Assembly (NCBI GenBank): GCA_004556155.1
Contig: SFIM01000013.1
Location: 18,603 to 50,602, forward strand
DNA from: Clostridiales bacterium
GTDB taxonomy: Bacteria; Bacillota; Clostridia; Christensenellales; Aristaeellaceae
Length of the DNA: 32,000 nucleotides
Reading direction: 5' to 3'
Position numbers and translations under genes: made by a program. The stretch's first letter is position 1; every line of letters starts with the position of its first letter. The notes beneath the pieces were generated by a model. That model did not search any database. It was not told the DNA's origin and saw only the letters and a program-made list of their open reading frames with translations. This document shows positions 7,131-13,926 of this stretch, piece after piece.

Positions 7131-7799
7131 GGGGGAAGACGGGGACGAGGAGACGAAGGGAACGGGGAAAACGGGGGAAACGTTACTTTCTTCAGTGAAG
7201 AAAGTAACAAAGAACCGGTATTGTAGACGAAAAAGCTGTTGGAATAAAACTGGAAGGCGGCACCGCCGCCCCCGTGGCAGGGAAAAACTTGAATCGCTCG
7301 GTTCGGAGTAAACTCCAACCGGACGATTCTTCATTTTTCCCCTTCGGGCGTGCTGCGCACGCCCTGCGCTGATCTGCGATCAGCGTGCCGCGGGAGCGAT
7401 AGTTGGGTGCAGGAATCCTGTATGGCGGTTGGCAATAGATTTAATGGAACGGGCAACGGAAGGCTTCTCCTCAAGGAGAAGCCTTTTGGTGAGTGCACTC
7501 ACCAACTATCGTTACCCGCCACGTCTGATTTCTGCCCCAACCACGCCCCCGTGGCAGCGGACAGCGCAGCTGGACGCGAGGGCGTGCGTAGCACGACCAT
7601 GGGGGAAAGCAGGAAACGAACGGAGGAAAGCTTGCTTTCATCCGGGCGGTTCAGGCTTTCTCCTGCCACGGGGTGGCCAGGGCCACTCCCAGTTTTATTC
7701 AATCGACTTTCATGTCACAAACAGGTTCTTTGTTTCTTTCTTGACTCAAGAAAGAAACGTACCCCCTTCGTCCCCCTCGTCCCCCTCGTTCCTGCCCCC
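7131..7799. repeat. element A: 669-bp nested-palindromic modular intergenic element (unclassified family)
   Basis: Left arm from 7131 and right arm up to 7799 are inverted copies. Each carries an ACG-purine tract, a 27-bp palindrome (7182-7208, 7732-7758), AAAGAACC, a GAATAAAACTGG block, and a CCCCGTGGCA...GCCACGGGG stem enclosing hairpins. The centre is a 20-bp perfect palindrome at 7486-7505. The element is homologous to 17626-17868 and 21056-21898. Confidence 0.85.
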
Positions 7800-8504
7800 T
7801 TAGCTGCTCATCCGGGTCAGCTCCACGTTCAGGCGCGAAAGGATGCGCTTTTCCAGCCGGGAGATGTAGCTTTGCGATATCCCCAGCGCGTCGGCAACCT
7901 CCTTTTGCGTCATCTCCCGCGCGCCGCCCAGACCAAAGCGAAGCTGCATGATCTGCTGCTCGCGCAGGGGCAAGCGCGCCAGCGCCGCGCGCAATAGCTG
8001 CTTTTCCACCTTGTCGTCCATGCGGCGGTAAACCAGATCGCTCTCCGTGCCCAGGATATCGCTTAGCAGCAGCTCGTTGCCATCCCAATCCTTGCGCAGC
8101 GGCTCATCCAGGGAGATTTCATAGCGAATCCGCGCCGTGTGGCGCAGATGCATCAGCATTTCGTTTTCGATGCAGCGCGAGGCGTAGGTGGCCAGCTTGT
8201 TCTTCTTTTCGGGGTCAAAGGTGTTGACTGCCTTGATCAGCCCGATCGTGCCGATGGAGATGAGATCCTCCAGCCCCACGCCCGAGCTTTCAAACTTGCG
8301 GGCAATGAACACCACCAGCCGCAGATTGCGCTCAATCAGGATGGAGCGCACCGTGCCGTCATCCGTGGGCAGCTTTTGCAAAAGCTCCGCTTCTTCCTCG
8401 CGCGTAAGCGGCTGGGGAAGCGGGTCCGCCCCGCCGATGTAATCCAGCGAACCCGCGCAGAGCCGCGCCCAGATTGCGTATAGCTGCCGTCGCATATCAA
8501 TCAT
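7800..8504 (-). CDS. sigE: sporulation sigma factor SigE (pro-sigma-E)
   Basis: The pro-sequence is followed by the [12 protein letters not shown] signature of SigE/SigK. It also has [13 protein letters not shown] and [13 protein letters not shown]. It lies immediately downstream of spoIIGA. Confidence 0.93.
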   Translation of the reverse strand: MIDMRRQLYAIWARLCAGSLDYIGGADPLPQPLTREEEAELLQKLPTDDGTVRSILIERNLRLVVFIARKFESSGVGLEDLISIGTIGLIKAVNTFDPEKKNKLATYASRCIENEMLMHLRHTARIRYEISLDEPLRKDWDGNELLLSDILGTESDLVYRRMDDKVEKQLLRAALARLPLREQQIMQLRFGLGGAREMTQKEVADALGISQSYISRLEKRILSRLNVELTRMSS

Positions 8505-8531
8505 CTATGTCATCCCCCTCGGCAATTGATT

Positions 8532-9293
8532 TTATAAATTCAGCGTGGGCGGCAGCAGCGCGCGCCGCCCGTGCAGGCAGGGCGATACCGCCACAACCGC
8601 GTCCGCCGCGCGCCATACGCGGCCGTCGCGCACATATAGCCCCCGCGGGCGAAAGCACATCATCAGCTGCTTGCCGCTGGCCGTGCGCACGCAGATCAGC
8701 CGAAATCCGCGCGGCAGCGTGCTTAGCTGCTCGCAGCGCGTGCCGGGCGGCAGATAGGCGCGGATGGCCTGATAGGGCACCACCACCACGGGCAATTCGG
8801 TGACGGGATCGCGCAGGCAGTTGCCGCTGTCCACCAGCCCGTCCAGCGATACGCCGCCGCGCTCGAACAGCAGGCGGACGTCCGCGCGCTCCCCCGCGCG
8901 CGATTGCCAGCGCAGCAGCAGATGCACGGCGTAAAGCACGCCCGGCGCGCAGGCCAGCGCGGCCGCCCAGCCGCCCAGACCCAACCGGTGCATATACTGC
9001 GCCATGCCCGCGGACAAAAGCCCGGCAATCAGCAGCCGGGCGCTGCCGCCCGGCGCGCGGCGCAGACCAAAGGCCAGCAGCGCCATCAGCACGGCGATGG
9101 GCAGCGCGGCATAGGCGCTGGCGTGCAGCCCCCACAGGGATAGGGCGATCATGGACAGAAGGGCGCCTGCCAGCGCGGAAAGCAGCACGCGCCCCGGCCG
9201 CGCGCGCAGGGAGGATAGCCGCATGGCCGCCGTCAGGCACAGCGTATCCATCAGCAGGTTCATCAGCAGATATTCCTCGCCTATGACGACCAT
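8532..9293 (-). CDS. spoIIGA: sigma-E processing aspartic peptidase SpoIIGA
   Basis: Polytopic N-half, with LVDSGNCLRDPVTELPVVVV matching the D-[ST]-G-N active-site motif of SpoIIGA. Start chosen at the ATG at 9293, after GGAGGGAG; the ORF extends to 9416. Confidence 0.85.
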   Translation of the reverse strand: MVVIGEEYLLMNLLMDTLCLTAAMRLSSLRARPGRVLLSALAGALLSMIALSLWGLHASAYAALPIAVLMALLAFGLRRAPGGSARLLIAGLLSAGMAQYMHRLGLGGWAAALACAPGVLYAVHLLLRWQSRAGERADVRLLFERGGVSLDGLVDSGNCLRDPVTELPVVVVPYQAIRAYLPPGTRCEQLSTLPRGFRLICVRTASGKQLMMCFRPRGLYVRDGRVWRAADAVVAVSPCLHGRRALLPPTLNL

Positions 9294-9315
9294 AACGCTC
9301 CCTCCTACGCTGCCT

Positions 9316-9349
9316 ATGATAGCGCGTTCACCGGGCAAGGGCCGTCGAT
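9316..9349 (-). promoter_or_regulatory. possible spoIIG-type promoter (long spacer)
   Basis: The minus strand reads ATCGAC (9344-9349), 22-nt spacer, TATCAT (9316-9321). This resembles the 22-bp-spaced Spo0A-dependent spoIIG promoter architecture. The 0A-box match is weak. Confidence 0.3.
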
Positions 9350-9412
9350 ACGGAGCGCGTAAAAAAGCGAAATAGCGCGGGAAAGAGAAGATGAAGGGGA
9401 AGCTTTTTGCAT

Positions 9413-9447
9413 GCAAAAAGGCGGCAGATCGTTTGACCTGCCGCCTT
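9413..9447 (-). terminator. intrinsic terminator after rny
   Basis: The minus strand reads AAGGCGGCAG ... CUGCCGCCUU followed by UUUGCAUGC. Confidence 0.75.
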
Positions 9448-9461
9448 GATAGGCTGCTTTA

Positions 9462-11003
9462 TTATTTGGCGTATTCCGTGCTGCGGGTTTCGCGGATCAC
9501 GTTTACGCGGATCTGGCCGGGATACTCCAGCTCACGCTCGATGCGCTTGGCAATTTCCTTGGCCATCACCTTGGTGCCCTCGTCGGTTACATCCTCGGGC
9601 TTGACCATGATGCGGATCTCGCGGCCGGACTGGATGGCGAAGGACTTTTCAACGCCGGCAAAGTCGTTGGCGATGGCCTCCAGCTTCTCCAGACGCTTGA
9701 TGTAGTTCTCCAGCGATTCGCGGCGCGCGCCGGGACGGGCGGCGCTGATGGCGTCGGCGGCCTGCACCAGCACGGCCTCCACCGTCTGCGGCTCCACATC
9801 GTTGTGGTGCGCCAGGATGCAGTGGATCACGTCGTTGCTCTCGTGATACTTGCGGGCCAGTTCGCCGCCCAGCTGCACATGCGTGCCTTCCTGCTCATGG
9901 TCGACAGCCTTGCCGATATCATGCAGCAGACCCGCGCGCTTGGCCAGATGAACGTCCGCGCCCAGCTCGGCGGCCATCAGGCCGGCCAGATGGCTGACCT
10001 CGATGGAGTGCTTGAGCACGTTCTGGCCATAGGAGGTGCGGTAGCGCATGCGGCCCAGCAGCTTGACCAGCTCGGGATGCAGGCCGTGCTGACCCGTCTC
10101 GAAGATGGCCTGTTCGCCAGCCTCGCGGATCTGGTTATCCACTTCCTTCTTGGCCTTTTCCACCATTTCCTCGATGCGGGCGGGGTGGATGCGGCCATCC
10201 TGAATCAGCTTTTCGATGGCGATGCGCGCAATCTCGCGGCGCACGGGATCGAAGGCGGATACGATGACGGCTTCGGGGGTATCGTCGATGATCAGATCGA
10301 CGCCCGTGGCGGTTTCCAGGGCGCGGATGTTGCGGCCCTCGCGGCCGATGATGCGGCCCTTCATATCGTCGTTTGGCAGGTTAATGACGGACACCGTGGT
10401 TTCGGCCACATGGTCGGCGGCGCACTTCTGGATGGCCAGGGCGATGATGTTGCGGGCCTTCTTTTCGCCCTCGTCCTTGGCCTTGGCCTCGATATCGCGC
10501 ACCATGGCGGCGGCGTCGTGGTAGGCTTCCTTCTGCACGCGGCTGATGATCATCTGCTCGGCCTCATCCTGGGTCATGCCGGCGATGCGTTCCAGCTCCT
10601 TCACCTGCTTGTCGCGCAGCTGCTCGGCCTCGTCGTAGAGGGCCTGCGTCTGCTCGGACTTTTGGTTGATGGCCTCCTCGCGCTTTTCGAGGTTATCCAT
10701 CTTTTTATCCAGCATTTCCTCACGCTGGTTCACGCGGCGCTCGCTGCGCTGCATTTCGGCGCGGCGGGTGCGGATCTCGTCGTCCAGCTTGGTTTTGAGG
10801 CGAAGGACCTCCTCCTTGGCCTCGATTTCCATTTCTTTTTTCGTTTCCGCCGCCTTGCGGGTAGCGTCGTCCAACAGTTTTTTCGCGTATTCCTCGGTTC
10901 GGCCGATGCGCTTTTCGGCCATGTTCTTGCGATAAAAATAGCCGCCGCCCGCGCCGACCAGCGCGAAGACGACCATGAGTGCGATTGCGAGAATTAAGTC
11001 CAC
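9462..11003 (-). CDS. rny: ribonuclease Y
   Basis: N-terminal TM helix, Glu/Lys-rich coiled coil, KH domain ([15 protein letters not shown]) and HD domain ([17 protein letters not shown]...LLHDIGKA). GTG start at 11003, 7 nt after GGAGG; the upstream in-frame ATG at 11057 has no RBS. Confidence 0.93.
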   Translation of the reverse strand: MDLILAIALMVVFALVGAGGGYFYRKNMAEKRIGRTEEYAKKLLDDATRKAAETKKEMEIEAKEEVLRLKTKLDDEIRTRRAEMQRSERRVNQREEMLDKKMDNLEKREEAINQKSEQTQALYDEAEQLRDKQVKELERIAGMTQDEAEQMIISRVQKEAYHDAAAMVRDIEAKAKDEGEKKARNIIALAIQKCAADHVAETTVSVINLPNDDMKGRIIGREGRNIRALETATGVDLIIDDTPEAVIVSAFDPVRREIARIAIEKLIQDGRIHPARIEEMVEKAKKEVDNQIREAGEQAIFETGQHGLHPELVKLLGRMRYRTSYGQNVLKHSIEVSHLAGLMAAELGADVHLAKRAGLLHDIGKAVDHEQEGTHVQLGGELARKYHESNDVIHCILAHHNDVEPQTVEAVLVQAADAISAARPGARRESLENYIKRLEKLEAIANDFAGVEKSFAIQSGREIRIMVKPEDVTDEGTKVMAKEIAKRIERELEYPGQIRVNVIRETRSTEYAK

Positions 11004-11060
11004 CTGGCTGCCTCCTTCTTTCTTGTTTTTCCAAATTTCAATATGTAATCTTGCCAATTG

Positions 11061-11090
11061 AAAAAACCGTGCGGGTTAAAAACCCCACGG
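11061..11090 (-). terminator. terminator-like hairpin inside the rny leader
   Basis: The minus strand reads CCGUGGGGUU-UUU-AACC(C)GCACGG followed by UUUUUU, ending ~58 nt upstream of the rny GTG. Confidence 0.45.
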
Positions 11091-11279
11091 CTATATGCTG
11101 AATTTGGGCACAACATGAAGCCTCGGTTTGCACACAACAAAACAGCAATGCCAAAACAGCTTGCTTTATCATGCAAGAGCAGGCGCCCACGCCCACTCGC
11201 AAAGAGCGAAAAGACATGTGTATCGAAAAACAGCATAGCCGCCGTGCTTACGCGCGGCCGCTTTTCAGCCGGTCATGCT

Positions 11280-11309
11280 ATTGTATACATACAGCGGGGC
11301 ATTTGTCAA
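11280..11309 (-). promoter_or_regulatory. sigma-A-type promoter facing rny
   Basis: The minus strand reads TTGACA (11304-11309), 18-nt spacer, TACAAT (11280-11285). Confidence 0.45.
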
Positions 11310-11411
11310 GCGTTTTCTGGCCATTCGCGCCAATTTATACCTATTATTAACTCGACCCAATACGACGGCTTCCGCGCCCGCCGCGCGATTGCCGAAGAAG
11401 CAAAAATTCTG

Positions 11412-11441
11412 CTTGACTTTTTGCCCGTATCCCGGTATAAT
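11412..11441 (+). promoter_or_regulatory. promoter of tRNA-Trp
   Basis: TTGACT (11412-11417), 18-nt spacer, TATAAT (11436-11441), 13 nt before the tRNA 5' end. Confidence 0.6.
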
Positions 11442-11454
11442 AATGCGTGTTCGT

Positions 11455-11528
11455 AGGGGCATGGTGTAATGGTAACACGTGGGTCTCCAAAACCTTTGTT
11501 GTGAGTTCGAGTCTTACTGCCCCTGCCA
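11455..11528 (+). tRNA. trnW: tRNA-Trp (anticodon CCA), CCA end encoded
   Basis: Hand-folded cloverleaf. Acceptor stem AGGGGCA/TGCCCCT, D stem GTGT/ACAC, anticodon loop CTCCAAA, T arm GTGAG-TTCGAGT-CTTAC, discriminator G followed by CCA. Confidence 0.92.
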
Positions 11529-11570
11529 AGAGAGCCTTTTCTGAAAAGAGAAGGCTCTCTTTCTATTTTG
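11529..11570 (+). terminator. intrinsic terminator after tRNA-Trp
   Basis: AGAGAGCCUU ... AAGGCUCUCU followed by UUCUAUUUU. Confidence 0.8.
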
Positions 11571-11685
11571 GATTGTTCACGCCGGCGCAGGCAAATATTG
11601 CGCCCCTGCAAGGGCGGCGCATGCACGCTATGCCTTGCAGGAGCGCAGTGAGGGCAATTATGCTTAAAGCGTTACGGAAGACGCA

Positions 11686-12078
11686 TCAGGCTTCTTTGGA
11701 GACGTCCGCGTCGATATAGAGGATATCGTGGCGGTTATACTCAATGGTAAATTGAAGATGGCTGCCCTCGCTGAAGCCGTCGGGATAGCAGAAAGCGCCG
11801 GGGAAATCGCTGATGAGGCGCTTATCCTCAAAGGTTTGCAGCTCGTCGCTGCTTAGCCAGATGCTCAGCGGGTTGCGTCCCTTGAAGCCTTGAACGGCGC
11901 AGGGCGTATGGATCAGCGCGCAACCAGTGGCTTTTTTGCTTATTGATTTGTTCTTTATCCCTTCGCCCTTCGCATATCCTCCCGGACGGATTGCAGCTGG
12001 CGCAGGATATCCAGGATGCGCGCGTCGGTGCGCTCCACCTGCTCCTTGGCCTCGCTGATCTGGCTCAGGGCTGTCCAA
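11686..12078 (-). CDS. hypothetical; C-terminal ~85 aa look coding but lack their own start codon (possible frameshifted continuation of the upstream gene)
   Basis: Between 11954 and 11689 the frame has no ATG, GTG or TTG. The only in-frame start (12078) overlaps the upstream CDS by 124 nt, and that overlap translates to Arg/Gly/Pro/Ala-rich low-complexity sequence. Confidence 0.3.
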   Translation of the reverse strand: MDSPEPDQRGQGAGGAHRRAHPGYPAPAAIRPGGYAKGEGIKNKSISKKATGCALIHTPCAVQGFKGRNPLSIWLSSDELQTFEDKRLISDFPGAFCYPDGFSEGSHLQFTIEYNRHDILYIDADVSKEA

Positions 12079-12410
12079 TCGCTGAAAAGGTTATCCCACA
12101 CGATGTCGGTTACGCGCCAGAAGGCGGATAGCTCGGTGGTTGCGTCGCAGCGCACGCGCACATCGCGCAGCTCGCGGTTAAAGCGATCCAGCGCGCGGCG
12201 AAGCTGCGCGATTTCCTGCTCGGCTTTATCCATGCGGCTGTGCTTGATCAGCCCCGACAGCAGGCCGCCGCCCAGCAGATCATACACGCCCCAGCCCTTG
12301 GCACTGCGCAGGGTGGATAGCGCCTGCTGCGCCTGCACGTGGGCTGCCTGACCCGCCTGGATGGCCTGGTCGGTTTCGTATATCAAGGATTGGAGATTGC
12401 TTTGTTCCAT
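11955..12410 (-). CDS. hypothetical coiled-coil protein
   Basis: GAAGGAG RBS. Heptad-like helical sequence flanks a Gly-rich hydrophobic patch (GWGVYDLLGGGLLSGLIK). No family was recognised. Confidence 0.7.
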   Translation of the reverse strand: MEQSNLQSLIYETDQAIQAGQAAHVQAQQALSTLRSAKGWGVYDLLGGGLLSGLIKHSRMDKAEQEIAQLRRALDRFNRELRDVRVRCDATTELSAFWRVTDIVWDNLFSDWTALSQISEAKEQVERTDARILDILRQLQSVREDMRRAKG

Positions 12411-12452
12411 ATTAGCTCCTTCTGGGCGGCGGTTCCTGCACCGTCCAAAGGC

Positions 12453-12481
12453 AGTATAGCAAGCATGCCCTGCCCGCGCAA
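12453..12481 (-). promoter_or_regulatory. sigma-A promoter with extended -10
   Basis: The minus strand reads TTGCGC (12476-12481), 17-nt spacer, TGC-TATACT (12453-12461). Confidence 0.5.
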
Positions 12482-12525
12482 GCCAAAATGGATGAAAGAT
12501 ACGTTTTGCCGTCCGAAAGCAGCCG

Positions 12526-13923
12526 TCAGGCGTATGCCTTCAGCGTGAAGGAAGCGCGCACCAGAGCTCGCCCCTCGGCCAGGGTGTGGATTTCCCCCGC
12601 GTGCAGCAGCTGGGACAGGAGGTTGCCAATCGCCGTGGCTTCGGCCGGGCCCGCGGTCAGCGGACGCGCAAGCGCGCGGGCAGTCAGGCGGTTCAGATAA
12701 TCGTTGCGGCAGCCGCCGCCCACCACGCGCAGACAGGCGATGCGGCGGCCGGTCAGCGCTTCCAGCTCGTCCACCGCCGCGCGGTAGCAATCCGCCAGGC
12801 TATGGCACACGCACGCGGTCAGGTCGCCCACATCCGCAGGCGCGGGATAGCCGCCCTCGGCCAGGGCGCTGCGCAGCTCCGCCGCCATGGAGACGGGGGC
12901 CAGAAAGCGCACGGCGTTGCAGTCCACCCGGCCTGGATAGCCGTCGTGCCGCTCGGCCAGCGCTGCCAGCTCGGCAAAGGAGGTCTGCGGGCACAGCTCG
13001 CGCCGCAGCTCCTGCAGCATCCAAAGGCCCATGATGTTTTTGAGATAGCGAATCGTGCCCTGCGCGCCGCCCTCGTTGGTCAGGTTGCGCGCACGGCTTT
13101 CCGGGGTCAGGATGGGCGCGGGCAGCTCCATGCCCAGCAGGCTCCATGTGCCGCTGGAAAGATATGCGTCGTTTGCCTCCAGCGGCGCGGCCATCACGGC
13201 GGCGGCGGTATCGTGCGTGGGAGCCAGGAGAATTTGGGTATCAAAGCCCACGGCCTGGGCAATTTCAGGCAGCAGCGCGCCTACCCGCGTGCCGGGCTGC
13301 GACAGGGGGCCGAACAGCCGCCGCGGAAAGCCGCAGCGGTCGATCAGCTCCCAGTCCCAAGCGCGCGCGCGCGCGTCCAGCAGCCCCGTGGTGGAGGCGT
13401 TGGTATACTCATGCACGCGCTGGCCGGTGAGCAGATAGTTCAGATATTCGGGCAGCAGCAGCATTTCCTGCGCGGCATCCAGCTCTCCTGCTTCGCGCAG
13501 GGCGGTCAGCTGATAGATGGTATTAAACGGCTGCTTTTGGATACCTGTGCGGGCATACAGCGCTTCCTCATCGATGACGCGGCGGACGATTTCATCCATG
13601 CCCTGCGTGCGGCCGTCGCGATAGCTTACCGCGTCGCCCAGCATGCGTCCCTGCGCGTCCAGCAGCACAAAGTCCACGCCCCAGGTGTCGATGGCTACGC
13701 TGCGCGGGGTGATTCCCTGCGCCCTCGCTGTGCGCAGGCCGTTCAGGATTTCGGCAAACAGCCGGTCGATATCCCAGCATAAGCGCCCGTTTTTTCGCTG
13801 CGCGCCGTTGGAAAAGCGATAAAGCTCGGTCAGCTCCAGCCGGCCGTTTTTTACCTGTCCCAGCATGTGCCGGCCGCTGGACGCGCCGATATCGATGGCG
13901 ATCATGGCGTTGTTCATAGGCAT
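12526..13923 (-). CDS. rhaB: rhamnulokinase (FGGY family)
   Basis: AIDIGASSGRHMLG N-terminal ATPase motif, with overall RhaB-like sequence. It is the last gene of the rhamnose block. Confidence 0.9.
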   Translation of the reverse strand: MPMNNAMIAIDIGASSGRHMLGQVKNGRLELTELYRFSNGAQRKNGRLCWDIDRLFAEILNGLRTARAQGITPRSVAIDTWGVDFVLLDAQGRMLGDAVSYRDGRTQGMDEIVRRVIDEEALYARTGIQKQPFNTIYQLTALREAGELDAAQEMLLLPEYLNYLLTGQRVHEYTNASTTGLLDARARAWDWELIDRCGFPRRLFGPLSQPGTRVGALLPEIAQAVGFDTQILLAPTHDTAAAVMAAPLEANDAYLSSGTWSLLGMELPAPILTPESRARNLTNEGGAQGTIRYLKNIMGLWMLQELRRELCPQTSFAELAALAERHDGYPGRVDCNAVRFLAPVSMAAELRSALAEGGYPAPADVGDLTACVCHSLADCYRAAVDELEALTGRRIACLRVVGGGCRNDYLNRLTARALARPLTAGPAEATAIGNLLSQLLHAGEIHTLAEGRALVRASFTLKAYA

Positions 13924-13926
13924 TCC

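Noticed and set aside
7131-7180. CRISPR array or other spacer-repeat structure
   Set aside because: The repeats are ~9 nt, degenerate and contiguous (ACG followed by purines), with no unique spacers and no cas genes.
7182-7208. The 27-bp palindromes as ordinary rho-independent terminators
   Set aside because: The stems are AT-rich and are followed by AAAGAACC on one strand and by a mixed C/U tract on the other. No U-run follows, and they occur in inverted pairs.
7131-7799. Autonomous IS element, transposon, retron, DGR or group II intron
   Set aside because: No transposase, reverse transcriptase or maturase ORF is present in the window. No template/variable repeat pair or intron domain V-like sequence was seen. 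A non-autonomous (MITE-like) origin is still possible.
7350-7997. ORFs inside or across repeat element A (7350-7997, 7429-7803, 6993-7334, 7699-8088), and the analogous ORFs in element B (21576-22055, 21616-22047, 21672-21947, 20631-21125) and element C (17680-18027)
   Set aside because: The shared peptide fragments (e.g. FHVT..FFV.FFTEESNV) are simply translations of the conserved DNA palindrome. The frames are not conserved between copies, they have no RBS, and several run into flanking genes in the wrong frame.
9804-10997. 397-aa plus-strand ORF
   Set aside because: It is antisense to rny, which has unmistakable KH and HD domains.
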